Shown here piece by piece: positions 1 through 13,249 of a DNA stretch of 64,000 bases. The translations under genes and the position numbers were made by a program. Source of the DNA: Octopus vulgaris (taxonomy: Eukaryota); the NCBI GenBank assembly GCA_951406725.2, contig OX597829.1, positions 24,304,001 through 24,368,000 of the forward strand, written 5' to 3'. Each line of letters starts with the position of its first letter. Within the stretch, counting starts at the first letter, position 1. The notes beneath the pieces are model-generated. The model ran no database searches. It was not told the DNA's origin and saw only the letters and a list, made by a program, of their open reading frames with translations.

Positions 1-179
1 TAGCCCTGGTCAAACCATCCAACCCATGCCTGCATGGACAACGGACATTAAATGATGATGATGATGATATATTATATGTATTATATGTATGTGGTAATGC
101 TGGACTTGTAAACTATAGGTACAACCCATTTTGTATTAGAGCGTATGTGACTGTGTATATACAGGAATGCACCTTTTAA

Positions 180-402
180 CCATTTTGATAGCATCCCACC
201 TCAGACCACACCTAGTTCTATGATACAAACTTTCAGGTTTTAAAGTGATTGAATTTAGAAATTTCCATTAAAACTTCACATTAATTTATGTCCCTAACAC
301 CTACTTAATAATGACAAAATTATTTTACCAAATTCTTTATGTATTTTCAAAATTAGTTGTAATTAAGCAGGTTGTACTTTAACACAAATATGGCAAAAAA
401 AG
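180..402. mobile_element. TTAA-flanked MITE (piggyBac-like, degenerate)
   Basis: TTAA at 176-179 and 403-406 with degenerate terminal repeats; a related copy lies at about 46520-46683 and ends in TTAA. Confidence 0.4.
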
Positions 403-1360
403 TTAATGTATTTCTCAGGTGCTGTTGTTGTTCTTGTTGTTTAATTAAAGTCTTCTCCATGCTGGCATGGGTTGGGCAGTTAGACAGGAGCTGGCCAACT
501 GGGGAGCTGTCCAGCTGGGGAGCTGGCCAGACTTCAATAGTCTCTTGTAGCAAGGTTTCTATGGTTGGCCGCCCTTCCTAATACCAACCACTTTAAAGGG
601 TGAGATGAGTGCTTTTTTTACATTCCACCTGCACAGTGTAGAGTGGAGGAAGAGGAATAGTGATATAGATGGATGAAAACAAAACTGTTTCACACAGAAG
701 AATTTGAGAGATTGTCAAAGTGAGAAACTGGTGAAAAGCAATAACTGTTGGGGAGATGGAGGTGGTTACAGAATTGAAAACTTGAAAAAGGCAAAGATCT
801 TTTGCAACAGCCATATGATCAGAGATGTTCCAAACATGACCATCCCATCTTTTATTTAGGCACAGTATATCTAGGACTACATTATCTAATGTATAGTATA
901 GTAGTTAGTATTAGTGGCTATAGCTGTTGTTGCTGCTGCTTAAACCCAGGCAGTCTTGATCTTTCAAAACTATGATTAAAGATGTTACATGTGGTTGCAG
1001 TTGATCAGGGAGTGAAAATGTTATTTGTCTAGCAAATGAATCAATAATCAAACGCCTTCCAGACATGCTGTCTTTTCTAATATTAGATATTATACTGGAA
1101 TTTGGTTGCTATTTCTAACACATTAAGTAACTACATACAAGAAGCCTTTTCAATCCAGTGCTAAGCAGAAAAATGTGTAGTGGAGATGTGACATTAAAAT
1201 GCGGACGAAATAACAGTCATAACTACCACCTAAACATATACAAACCTATCTAGCTATCATAAGAACAGTCTAATATACTAACACATACACATCTAATTAA
1301 CTACTATAGACTAAGGGACTAACCCAAACCTATCTAGCTAGCATAGAGTACAACTGCACT

Positions 1361-1397
<37 letters not shown>

Positions 1398-2064
1398 TTC
1401 TAACTACTATAGAAAGCAGCACTAATGTACTTACATAACATCTATCTACTGACTAGTTGTCAAATGTAATAATATACAGCTTTCTACCAACTATAGAGGA
1501 CTAATCAACTAGCATACATACACGACTGTGTAGTGACTATAGTTGTTTAATAATAATGAACTTATTGTGTACTGGTGCTAACACACACACACACACACAC
1601 ACTCATTCACAGAGTCATATTATCAAAGTGATTGCCACAGTTATGAATATACTTCTGACATTTCAAGATTATTTCCCATTCTATAAAATCCAATCTATCA
1701 GTCTGTCTCTCTGTTCATCTGTCTATGTATTTATCTGTCTGTCTCTTTCTATCTCTGTGTGTGTGTATGTGTGTGCAAGTGCGCACGCGTGTGTGTGTAT
1801 TAAATATACAGTTTCCTCTTTCTGTTTTGTCTACCATTACTATAATGGCTTTTGTTCCTTGGAATCAGCTGATCTTGTATCTCCTCCACACAGGTATCCC
1901 TGACCCTCTTATCTTTCCACCTCTCATCCCCTTTGTTGCATCCCCCATAGCTAGCCGTGCTCTTGCAGAATACTGGAAATGACAGACACTGCTTGTATGA
2001 CAGTGACACTCATTTACAACTATCATGTGCTGCCTAGACAAAGGTACACACAAACACACACACA

Positions 2065-2301
2065 TTTTATGAATGAGAGAGACAGAAGACGGAAGATACA
2101 AAAATGCTTATTGATCACTACAATTGCTTTAACCCATCTAGCATCAATCCCTCATGGGTGGGATACTTGAAAACTAGATTAGAAGTATCTGTTGGTGTGG
2201 ATGTTGACTGTTTTGATGTGAGGGATTGATGCTAGATGGGCCAAAACAATCGTAGTGATCAATAAACATTCTCATATCTTCCGTCTCTCTTATCAATAAA
2301 A
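2065..2301. repeat. Inverted repeat (arms about 2065-2154 and 2219-2301), Penelope pseudo-LTR-like
   Basis: ttattgatcactac..cccatctagcatcaatccctca is the reverse complement of tgagggattgatgctagatggg..gtagtgatcaataa; AATAAA in the right arm. Confidence 0.7.
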
Positions 2302-2910
2302 TACCCAACAAACACTGTGAAAGTGAACGTGCTTTACTTGCAAGCTACCAGTTGTATACCATATGATTTATTATCTAATAACATATATATATAAACAAAC
2401 CTGCTACAATTAATTGTATTATAAATAAACATTTTAAAACCACGATTCAATTGTAATACCAGTAGAGGTGATTATAAGACCAGAATTCAATTTGATTTAA
2501 AAAGTAACACTATCACCTTCAACTGAATGCCAATGCAGTCAGCTTGTTTGAATTAGTTCACTTTGGAAATGCCGTATGTGATGGATCCTTGATAAAATTG
2601 CAGCAGCTACAATGCATAATTGCATACAGAGCAATGTGCTGTTGCTACAGTAGAAACATATGTTGGTCATTGTTATATATGCTGTAGGAAACTTTTTAAT
2701 AAAAAAGTTCTGGATGTTTTGGTTTTCAATTATATACTCTACAGAATATTTGCTGTTCTGAATAGGAACAAGGAACTACCCAACAAGTGAAGCTTACAAG
2801 TATCAGTATCTATTTAAGCTTGAATACTATGTAATTGGACTGTTGTGGATAACCAGCATCTGTACCATTTTGTGAGATAATGCAGTATCCAGTAGAATAA
2901 TTTATCCCTT

Positions 2911-2940
<30 letters not shown>

Positions 2941-2943
<3 letters not shown>

Positions 2944-3230
2944 GAAGCTTTATGAAAATAGACAAAAGACGAAGGCAGGTTTACGGAAATAAACAAAAGA
3001 CGAAGGCAGGTGGAATACAAACAAACAATTGTATTAGTATGGCGCTCAGGAAATATAAATAAAACAAGTCTTTAACGTTTCGAGCCTACGCTCTTCAACA
3101 GAAAGATACACAGAGAAAAAACACAGAAAGAAGGAGAGAAAAAAATATGCGTGCAGAGGCTAGCGAATCAACATGGCGATCTGATTTCGGCCAGAAGTCA
3201 AAGATCAAACGTGAGACGCAAGAGCGAAAA
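2941..3230 (-). mobile_element. (TA)n-adjacent Penelope-LTR-like repeat
   Basis: Shares gctcaggaaa..taacgtttcgagc..ctcttc with the 19017-19760 array and with fragments near 44480, 46010 and 61580. Confidence 0.6.
3069..3106 (-). ncRNA. Minimal type I hammerhead-like motif (A6U core variant)
   Basis: Minus strand reads TCTTT CTGTTGA A GAGC gtag GCTC GAAAC GTT AAAGA: stems I and II pair and stem III is the palindrome ACGT. Confidence 0.5.
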
Positions 3231-3315
3231 TATATTTGACATCATAAGAATTTTATGAACTTTCGATAGGGCATAAAATAATGAGGACATAAAATAATTC
3301 TTGTTTGGAATAATT

Positions 3316-3560
3316 GATCTTGAAGCACATATATAAAGTTATAAATAGTAGCATGTGAATATTGGTTGGGAAAATGGGTTGAAAAACCCATTTTGATAGT
3401 AAAATTCAAAGGCTGTCCATGAAACTCAAGCCCACATCTGTAGACATGACAACTGTTCTATTCGAGTCCTACAGGCAGCCTTTCAAAATTTTCACTCCAA
3501 AAGGATTTTTCAACCCAATATTTACATGCTATGATTTATAGCTTTATATGGTTTGAGATC
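3316..3560. mobile_element. Fold-back MITE-like element
   Basis: Left arm gatct..atataaagttataaat..tagcatgtgaatattgg pairs with right arm ccaatatttacatgcta..atttatagctttatat..agatc; inner aaaggctg pairs with cagccttt. Confidence 0.6.
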
Positions 3561-5119
3561 CACTCTGCCAACACACACACAAATATATGATTGGCTTCTT
3601 TCAGCTTCCATCTACCAAATCCATTCACAAGGTTTTGATTAGTCCAGGACTATAGTAGAAAACACCTGCCCAAAGTGATGTGCAGTGAGACGGTTGGGAA
3701 ACAAGCTCCATAACCATACAGCTATGTCTGCACCTATTTATGTAAAAAGTCTATAAATCCTTAATGTATTATCAGTATTTCTCTTTCAATGGTATTCTGT
3801 AATACAGAATATATCAATACATTTTTAGCCATCACTGCATATATAGACAGATATACATGCCTTGACTTAATATACAGCATCTTTGTGGGCAGAGGAAGGG
3901 ATCAGCAGGAATAGTTTCAGTCCTGCTTGGGACTTCAACAATAACTGAGTACTCTCTCCTTTCAAACACTCCACAGAAACACTACATGTAAACCAACTAA
4001 AAACTGGAGTAAATCCATAAAGATATTGAATATACACAGAGAAGGTGTTTACATTTGTCTATTACATCTGCTTTGTAATCTCTCAAGCCTGAGAAAGACA
4101 ATTATGCAATTTCTCGCTGAATGACCAGCACAGACTATAATGTTTATAGCCGTACATTAGATCATTCTCTCCATCAGATCAACATTGCTTGTACAGATGC
4201 AGTATAGTGTGTCATACTTCGGTTGTCAAACTGATTGCAGAGCAACACGAAATAAAATGTTTTGTTTGAGAACAGAATGCACCACCCAGACTGGAAATCA
4301 AAGCCACGATCTTGCCATCATGATTGCAACATCCTAAACCACCAGGCTATGCACCTGTCTATTATTTAATATTGGTTAAAATATACCGCTAGATATTATG
4401 TTGTACAATAAAGCATTGAAACAAAACACCAATAATTTATTACTCAGAGTAATTGTACAAATGAGATGTTTATCCAATCTTTTAATAATTCTGCTAGTCA
4501 CTCCGTTACTTAGCCCGTTTGTAATGCTTCCACATGATTAGTTGAGTAGGGGGAGGAGTCGGTGGGAGGGGAGGAGGAAATGTAAGGGGGAGGGAGAAGT
4601 AGTGGTGAGTGAAATGAGAAAATTTTGTTTTTAACCAAGTTTTATTCCTCCGTTAGATAGCCTGTCTGTAATACTTTTCATGTGATTAATTGATTGAAAG
4701 AAAAGGCGAAGAGCAAAAGAAAAAGGAGAGCGAAAAAGAGGATAAGGCAGATAGTGAGAGAGAAAAAGGGAGAGTGTTAAGTATTAAGTTTATAAAATTG
4801 TGCATAAAGTATATATATATATATAAAGTGCATTAAGCAATCATTGTATTCCAATTTCCTTCACTTTTCAATGATTGGCAGATAAGCAACTATCTTTTGA
4901 TACAGACACAACACAGGCTATGCTTTCAGGTTTTTTGGATAAAGTTTTCAGAAATAACCCAATAAGTTTACCATAAATTCTGTGAAATATTCATAGGTCC
5001 CACTAGTTTACATAACCCCTTCATAACAGTGGGGTTAGTGTGGACACTAAAAGAGTCATTGATAAAGATCTTAGAACAGAAATGAAATCAGTCCTGCCGA
5101 TTCCACTTTATCTGTCTGC

Positions 5120-5333
5120 TACGATACTTGTTTTAGTCATTAGACTGCAACCATACTGGGGCATTGTCTTGAAGGATTTTAGTCGCACTAATCGACCCAA
5201 GCACCTTTTTTCTTTAAACCCTGGCACTTATCCTGTCAGTCTCTTTTGCCAAACCACTAAGTTATAGGGATGTAGACACACCAACACTGGTTGTCAAATG
5301 GACACAAAGACATACACGCACACAGATAAATAC

Positions 5334-5370
<37 letters not shown>

Positions 5371-5541
5371 TATATATGATGGGCTTCTTTTAGTCTCCAT
5401 CTGCCAAATCCACTGACAAGACTTTGGTCAGCCTGAGATTACAGTGAAAGACACTTGGCCAAGGTGCCAAGCAGTGGGATTGAATCCAGAACCATATGGT
5501 TAGGAGGTAAACCTCTTACCAGACAGCTATGCCTGTGCCTG
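5120..5541 (-). mobile_element. tRNA-derived SINE (family of 12428-12832), CpG-decayed
   Basis: Reverse complement of the SINE head and body, with an internal (TA)n tract. Confidence 0.75.
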
Positions 5542-6240
5542 TATTTAAAGATTATAGTATTTATGTCCATGAGTGTTGGCTAAAATCTATAGATATCTTC
5601 TGTAGTATAGTATAGCGCACACAAATACACACATATAATATTAAACATTCTTGGAAATAGATGATGGGTGGTGATAGGAAGGGCATCTGGCTGTAGAAAA
5701 TGTCTCAATGAATTCCAAGAAAATGGACATTAAAACATTGATGATGATGATGATGATGATGATGATGCTGGCATGGCAGTGCAAGGAGAAGTTTCCTTCC
5801 TGATCACATGGCTCCAGGTTCAGTCACAATAATTGGCACCTTGGGCAAATGTCTTCTACTATAGCCTTGACCTGACCAAAGTCTTGTGAATAGATTTGAT
5901 AGCTGGAAACAGAAGAAACCCATCGTGTGTGTGTGTGTGTGTGTGTGTTTTACTGTCTTCTTATCTTGACATTGCATGATAGTTGTAAACAACTATCACA
6001 TCATGCAAATAGTGTACTTTGTTTCCAATCTTCTGTGGAAATATGTCTGGTTGCCTTACTTGGAAAGAGATGACAGTTGGTGATAAGAAGAGCATCTAGA
6101 GTCAACAAATACTGTTTGACCCAAGCAAATATGCATGGAAATGTGATCATTAAAATGATAATGATATATTATATGTATATATATAGAGACACATACAACA
6201 CACACATATAATATAAAATGATGAGTGTGTGAACATATAT

Positions 6241-6490
6241 ATATTATTGGTAAAAATGGTAAGATAACAAAACAAAGAAAGAGACCTCAATATTATGTAA
6301 ATAGAGGAAATTTATCTGTAAAAGTAATATGTGACAATTATTCAATAGCCAAGATAAAACTCTGAGTTTCGGATGTAGCGTTTTTCAGATGGCCAGATAA
6401 CCGAAGAGATGGTGTTGTGGATTTCCACCTCGGCATCCGAAACTCAGAGTTTTATCTTGGCTATTGAATAATTGTCACATATTATTTTAC

Positions 6491-6494
<4 letters not shown>
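6241..6494 (+). mobile_element. (TA)n-embedded Penelope pseudo-LTR-like element with inverted repeat (6313-6375 / 6434-6494)
   Basis: About 60-bp near-perfect inverted arms; contains a hammerhead fold. Confidence 0.65.
6395..6457 (+). ncRNA. Type I hammerhead-like ribozyme (CCGAAGA core)
   Basis: AGATAA CCGAAGA GATG..GTGG attt CCAC..CATC C GAAA CTC a GAG TT TTATCT: 6-bp stem I, extended stem II, quasi-palindromic stem III. Confidence 0.6.
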
Positions 6495-6572
<78 letters not shown>

Positions 6573-6889
6573 GAGACAGAGACGGACAGAGACTGTATAC
6601 ACTTTATAGTCACACACACACACACAAAGACATCTACTGCATTTAAGGATATTTTGTTTAATTGCCTACTAAATTAAATGGCTGACACCCCACTCACAAT
6701 ATCAGCCTGTTCTACCAGGGGAAAAAAATACAAAAAAGAAAAACAAAAAGCTAAACATTGTTTCTTCCAAGCAAACCTATTTCACAGCCAAAGGAATGCC
6801 TGGGAAATCTAGCATTTAAAGAATGTGGCACAAGTGGACACAGTGACATAGTCTTAGACAACATAGTAGTGCAAATAATGATTTCTTTA

Positions 6890-6965
<76 letters not shown>

Positions 6966-6974
6966 GTAGTAGTA

Positions 6975-7034
<60 letters not shown>
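6890..7034. repeat. (TAA)n microsatellite
   Basis: Direct reading. Confidence 0.95.
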
Positions 7035-7039
<5 letters not shown>

Positions 7040-7049
7040 TTAAAAAAAA

Positions 7050-7433
7050 TTAAAAATGCTTTCTAATTGATGTATCAACACCGGCAGATGACAACGTGTC
7101 TCTAAAAGAAATGGAGAAACTTTCAAAATACAAAGACCTGGAAATAGAGGTAATCAGAATGTGGAATCTAAAAACAGAAACAATTCCTATCATAGTAGGT
7201 GCATTAGGCATGATAAAAAAATATTCAGACAAATACATAACAAAAACACCAGGACTTACAAACACATATAACATACAGAAAATTGCACTACTAGGCACTG
7301 CACACATCCTACGCAGAACACTTTCCATACAATAACCATCAGAGCATCACAACAAATCACAGCACATACCCAAGGCACACAGAGCTGCGCTCGGTAGTGA
7401 AGTGAAAGCACGCTATAAAAATAAAACTACTGA
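7050..7433 (+). mobile_element. R4/Dong-clade non-LTR retrotransposon 3' end (restriction-like endonuclease)
   Basis: FLIDVSTPADDNV..KEMEKLSKYKDLEIEVIRMW..TIPIIVGALG..QKIALLGTAHILRRTL; flanked by (TAA)n on both sides. Confidence 0.85.
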
Positions 7434-7879
7434 ATAATAATAATAATAATAATAAAAAGCCCTGATGTAGTACCAGGCAGTGGCTCTCAAGTGATATCAT
7501 GTACATTGTTTTGTCTTGGTTTAAAAGAAGGGCTACAGCAAATATTCTGCTTAATGCCACAGATTTGCTTGTCAGTTGTTTGACCATAACCAGTTGAGCA
7601 TGTCTCTTTGTGGCATCTCTGATCATAAGCAACAGTAGTGGGAGAGCATCATAGCCATGTGTTGAGAGGGATTCTTTGGGGGTTTGAATAATTCACCATT
7701 GGAAACATGGGTGTTTCATTCAACCCTTATTCAAAGACTATTTGAGTGGGATGGGCTACTTGATCTGAAAAAAATTCTAACATGTGCCTGATGCACCCTT
7801 ATCAGATGGGTATACTGGGCTTCATATATTTTATCCCAGTATCACTTTGATGGCATGCACTGCTCTCTCGATAAAAATA

Positions 7880-8100
7880 ATCCTTTCTACTAGAGGCACA
7901 AGGCCTGAAATCTGGGGGAGGGGACTAGTCGATTATATCGACCTCAGTGTTTCACTGGTACTTAATTTATCACCTCCGAAAGGATGAAAGGCAAAGTCAA
8001 CCTTTGTGGAATTTGAAGTCAGAATATGAAGATGGACAAAATGCAGCTTAGCATTTTGCCCAGTGTGCTAACAATTCTGCCATGCCAGCTTGCTGCCTTA
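7880..8100 (-). mobile_element. SINE with Nin/Deu-like central domain (other copies near 8735, 11665, 28600, 47465, 47995, 56420, 62090)
   Basis: Conserved ggtactta.tt.atc..ccc.gaaaggatgaaaggcaaagt..acct...ggaatttgaactcagaa, which includes a B-box-like GAGTTCAAATTC on the minus strand. Confidence 0.65.
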
Positions 8101-8185
8101 ACAATACTACTACTACTACTACTAATAATAATAATAATAATAATGATGATGATGATGATGATGATAATAAACAACAACAACAACG

Positions 8186-8560
8186 GCAAGAGCACTCAGA
8201 GAGTGCAAAACCTCTGCCAAGGCAACACCAACATCCTTTCAATGATTAGCCAGAGATGATTTTTAAAATAAGAATATCTGAAATAAACTCGACTCGACTG
8301 CTCTCACAAATGAAAATACTAAAAATGAACCCGATCACTTTCAAAAATTAAGTAAAAAAGCCAGAAAAATAATCCAGAATCCTTGTCCGGTACCAGATCG
8401 ATCCCAAAATCTAATCACTTAATGCCAGTCACGAGGCCAAACATCCCTGAGAGTTTCATCCGAATCCAACCAGCGGTTCTTGGGATGTCTTGTCCATGGA
8501 CAAACAAACAAATAAATACAACTGGAAACAATACCTCCACCTTCACTAAGGCAGAGGTAA
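8186..8560. mobile_element. Helentron-associated (DINE-1/HINE-like) non-autonomous element
   Basis: Subterminal inverted repeat acctctgcc (8210) / ggcagaggt (8550), 3' hairpin tacctccacctt-cact-aaggcagaggta, 5' hairpin gcactc-aga-gagtgc. Confidence 0.55.
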
Positions 8561-9724
8561 TGATGATGATGAATGATGATGATGCTGATGATAATAATAA
8601 TAATAATAATAATAAAAATAATAATAATAACTAGCAGGACCTGTGAAAAATTCACGGAAAACATAAAAATGAAAGTATCTGTAAACAGTGTACTGGTGCC
8701 ATGAGAAATGTTTGTATATTGTGACCATCTTGTCTATGTTCTGAGTTCAAATTCTGCTGAGGTTGACTTTGCCTTTTGTCTTTTCAGGGTCGATAAATTA
8801 AGTACCAGTTGCGTACTGAGGTCGATCTAATCAACTGCCCCCCCCTCCCCACAAAAATTTCAGGCCTAAAAAAAAAGTATATTGTGACAGTTACAGAATA
8901 TAGAAAATAATGTAACCTCAGTGACTACATGATCCAACCAAAACATCTCAGTTACACAAACGTAGACGGAATTACTATTTAACCTTGAAATACATCGTCC
9001 ATATTCAAAGAACCTTAATGTACAAATTGAAATGAAAAAGGATGAAAAAATAAATGGATATATGAATGAAAGTTTGGTAATTGCATTTATTTCTAGCATG
9101 CAACACTTATTGCAAACATGTTTTAACTAACGTAAACTATACACACACACAAATACATTCATATATATATGTCTCGAGTTGTAGCTGTGATTCAAAGGGG
9201 CCAGAGATGTCATATTCTGTGTGAGGCTGAATCTACCTGAGAACTACATTAATTTTATGCATGTCTGTAGTGTACTCAGCCATATGTGAGTTAATTTTAT
9301 CATCGTGTGGTAATGAAAGTGAAACTGACATCCAATATTTGCTGTGTCTATGTATCTGCGGAGTACTCAGCCATTTGTGAGTTAATTTTATCGTTGTGTC
9401 GGTTTGCTACCAGGGGTTTGTACTGTTTGTCAAGTCACAACCAGGACCTCAGATGAAAGTGAAACTGACATCCAATATTTGTGTGTCTATGTATCTATGT
9501 ATGAACTTTTCTTTCGATTTATGTATCTACTCTCTCTCTCTCTCACACTTTCTCTCGTTCTCTTTCACTTACTTTGTTTCCCTCTTCTCTCCCACTTATG
9601 ATTTAACAATGTGTATATGTATCTGTGTATCTACTTCTCTTGCGATGTGATAAACATTTCAAAACACAAAACGAACATCATCACCACTCACTGTCTTTTT
9701 CACTCTCACTTTTTCTCTCTCTCT

Positions 9725-11163
9725 CACTTTGGAAACCTACTTGCATGCATGTACACCAACAGGCAGCAGAACGGGAGAATTCCCAAGTCTGTGAGCCAAG
9801 GGGTGGTAGCGCTGTTAAGAAAGGACCTAAACAAGGGGGATTTAATTGATAATTTTCGGCCCATCACTCTGCTTAACGCAGAGATGAAGATTTTGGCCAA
9901 GGTCTTAGCAAAAAGGTTGGCACGGGTCGTGGGTGAACTTGTTAGCGAGGCGCAAACCTGTGCCATCACTGGAAGGACCATCCACGACAATCTCCACTTT
10001 CTATGCTATGCCTTAGAAAGGGTAACTAGGATTCCTGGCAAGGGTGGAGCTATGGTCCATTTGGACCAATCTAAAGCGTTTGATAGGGTAGACCATCAGT
10101 ATCTGGTGGCGGTCCTCATGGCGGCTGGCTTCAGCCAGACCTTCCGCGGATGGATCAACGCTTTATACAGCAACAGCGAATCGGTAGTTCGGGTGAACGG
10201 TTTCTTTTCATAGCCGTTTCGCATTGAACGTTTGGTACGTCAAGGGTGCCCTCTCTCCCCGCTTCTCTATGTTTTGGCTCTCGAGCCATTGCTGAGGAGG
10301 TTGGAAACTATGAGGGACGCTCCGCAAGATCTAGGGTGCGGAAAGCCAGCTTCAGCGTATGCGGACGACATCACCGTCATCGTATCCCGGGTCAAGCACT
10401 TACAGTGGGTAGGTGAGGCCTTAAGGGATTACGAAGCGGTGGCAGGAGCAAAAGTCAACCGGGATAAATCAGTCGGCTTGCAACTCGGCACCTGGAGGGG
10501 AAAGTCAATGCCTTCCGACAGCGTCGTAGGACGTTGGACGAAAGGGCCAGTGAAAATGCTTGGAATCTGGTTAGGTCCAGATCTCCAGATAGAGAAGAAT
10601 TGGAGCGAGGTGGCGAGAAAGGTAGCTCTCCTAACTCAGACCTGGTCTGAGTGGAAGCTGTCCTTGAAAAGGAGGGCAGAGGTTGCAGAGGTGTTTATCA
10701 CCTCTGTAATCATTTACCACCTGCCCATCGTGCCTTGCCCCGATTCGTAGCTGAACAAGCTGGAACGCATGCTCTTTCACTTTTTGTGGAGGGGCAGCAG
10801 ACCTCTTGTAAGGCACTCTATCTGCTGCCAAAAGCCGCTGAAGGGTGGGTTAGGGATGCCGTGGCTAAAAATGCACAGACATGCGCTCAGGCTTAAGCAC
10901 CTCTGGCTTTACCTGGACAGTGAGCAGGTGTGGTTTCCGTTCATCAAGCTGTTATTTCCATAGTCCCCATCGTTTACCAAACTGAACCCATGGATCAAGT
11001 GTAGACCGAGGTTGGGTGTGTGGCATGTAGAATGCCATCAGGCACTCGTGCTTCTCTCCCAGTCGGGCAACGCCGGTGGCAGGGGTACTACCTCATTCTT
11101 CTATAGAGGGTTAGTAGAGTTTAAGTGTGACGATGTCCTGGGAGAAACCCTAGGCTTCGAAGG
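9725..11163 (+). pseudogene. Tx1/L1-clade LINE reverse transcriptase fragment
   Basis: NFRPITLLNAEMKILAK, LDQSKAFDRV, VRQGCPLSPLLY, YADD, GGLGMP; in-frame stops at 10211, 10748 and 10961. Confidence 0.92.
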
Positions 11164-11424
11164 TTATCCCTATTGTCATCGGCGCACTGGATTCAATACC
11201 ACCCAATCTGAAGAAACATCTGAAAACTTTAGAAATACCCTATAATCTAGATGTATTGCAAAAGTTGGCATTACTTGGAACTGCACACATATTGGATAAA
11301 GTACTGTCTGTCTGAAGTCCTTTTTGTGACTTGACAGACAGTACAAACCCCTGGTAGACACAATATCTTCAATCAACAACCTCACAATATTGCATACTGT
11401 GTGACGTCTATAATAATAATAATA

Positions 11425-11625
11425 AGCCAAAATATAGACAAATGGCTGAAGGAGTTTGGCCCGGTAGAACTCCCACAAAAAGTTTGCTTCTTAGGGACAG
11501 CAAGGATCATCAGGAGGGTTCTAAGCATTTGAAAGACTACCAAAAATGTGTGGACACCTAAGGTTACAGGTAGTAAGCTGCTATCCACAGAACTCCAACC
11601 AAGAATAAGACCAAACCTGAGCTTT
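11425..11625 (+). mobile_element. R4/Dong-like 3' end fragment (second copy about 51690-51890)
   Basis: IDKWLKEFGPVELPQKVCFLGTARIIRRVL; preceded by (TAA)n. Confidence 0.7.
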
Positions 11626-12388
11626 GTTTTTTTTGTTGTTGTAGTAGTAGTAGTAGTAGTAATCATCCTTTCCACTATAGGTACAAGGCCTGAAATTTCA
11701 AGGAAGAGTGTTAGATTGATTACATTAACCCCAGTACTCAACTGATACTTATTTCATCAACATTGAAAGGATGAAAGGCAAAATCAACTTCAGCAGAATT
11801 TGAACTCAGAACACGAAAACAGCCGATATATTTGCTAGAAATTTTGTCCAGCATACTAACAATTCTGCCAGCTCACCACCTTAAGATAATAATAATAATG
11901 ATATTGTTTTATTCCACAAGGGCAACAACAATCTGAAGGTTTGCTGCAGTGAATCAATTGACCTAGTTTGTGTGTAGACTCAGATGGCCAAACACCTTTC
12001 TCAGCCATCTATCTGTGCTGTTGACAATGGGCTGACTCTCTCTCTCTCTCTCTACTCCCTTCCTTCATCAACAGCTGTTCTTTGCTGTCACCTTTTAAAC
12101 AGCAGTGGAGTTTTGATTCATAGCTGCTGTGCCATCACCTTGGTAACAACATCACCACCATCACAAACTTGATTTGTTGTATCAGCATCTGCAGCTGTGT
12201 CTCCACAAAGCCAGCACAGTCTGTGACTAGCTTTAAAATTACCAGTTTCGCAGAATATCAGCGAAAGATTCCTGTGAATATATCCAAGTCAGGAAATTAA
12301 CATCTTAGAGTAAAAACACAGCAAAAATAAACTGTTCCAAAATAGCAGAGATCTATATTGCAATGGTTTCTTTTATAGATGAGGGGAA

Positions 12389-12427
<39 letters not shown>

Positions 12428-12429
<2 letters not shown>

Positions 12430-12832
12430 GGTGCAGGAGTGGCTGTGTGGTAAGTAGCTTGCTTACCAACCACATGGCTCCGGGTTCAGACCCGCTGCGT
12501 GGCATCTTGGGCAAGTGTCTTCTGCTATAGCCCCGGGCCGACCAATGCCTTGTGACTGGATTTGGTAGACGGAAACTGAAAGAAGCCTGTCGTATATATG
12601 TATATATATATATGTGTGTGTGTGTGTTTCTGTGTCTGTGTTTGTCCCCCTAGCATTGCTTGACAACCGATGCTGGTGTGTTTACGTCCCCGTTACTTAG
12701 CGGTTCGGCAAAATTTACCGATAGAATAAGTACTGGGCTTACAAAGAATAAGTCCCGGGGTCAATTTGCTCAACTAAAGGCGGTGCTCCAGCATGGCCGC
12801 AGTCAAATGACTGAAACAAGTAAAAGAATGAA
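12428..12832 (+). mobile_element. Full-length tRNA-derived SINE
   Basis: A-box-like TGGCTGTGTGG, B-box-like GGTTCAGACCC, CORE-like cttgggcaagtg, internal (TA)/(TG), tail ending tgactgaaacaagtaaaaga. Confidence 0.85.
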
Positions 12833-12833
12833 A

Positions 12834-12872
<39 letters not shown>

Positions 12873-13249
12873 CTTTCTATTGTTTTTTGCTGCATTCTGG
12901 AAGGGTATCCAGCTGTAAAAACTCTGACCTCGTCTGTGGTGGTGCCACGTAAAACACTCAGACCACTCTCCTGGGTGGTTGGTGTTAGGAAAGGCATCCA
13001 GCCATAAAAGCCATGCCAAAACAGACACAGAAATCTGGTGTAGGCTCCTGGCCAGCTCCTGTCAAACCATCCAACCCATGCCAGTATGGAAGGCAGACGT
13101 TAAACAATAATGATGATATATATATATATATACAAGCACACATACACATTTGTATATTTACATACACACACACACACATAATCATCACATATATATATTA
13201 TATAGATGTATATATAATTATATATGCGCGCATCTGTGTAGATAGATAG

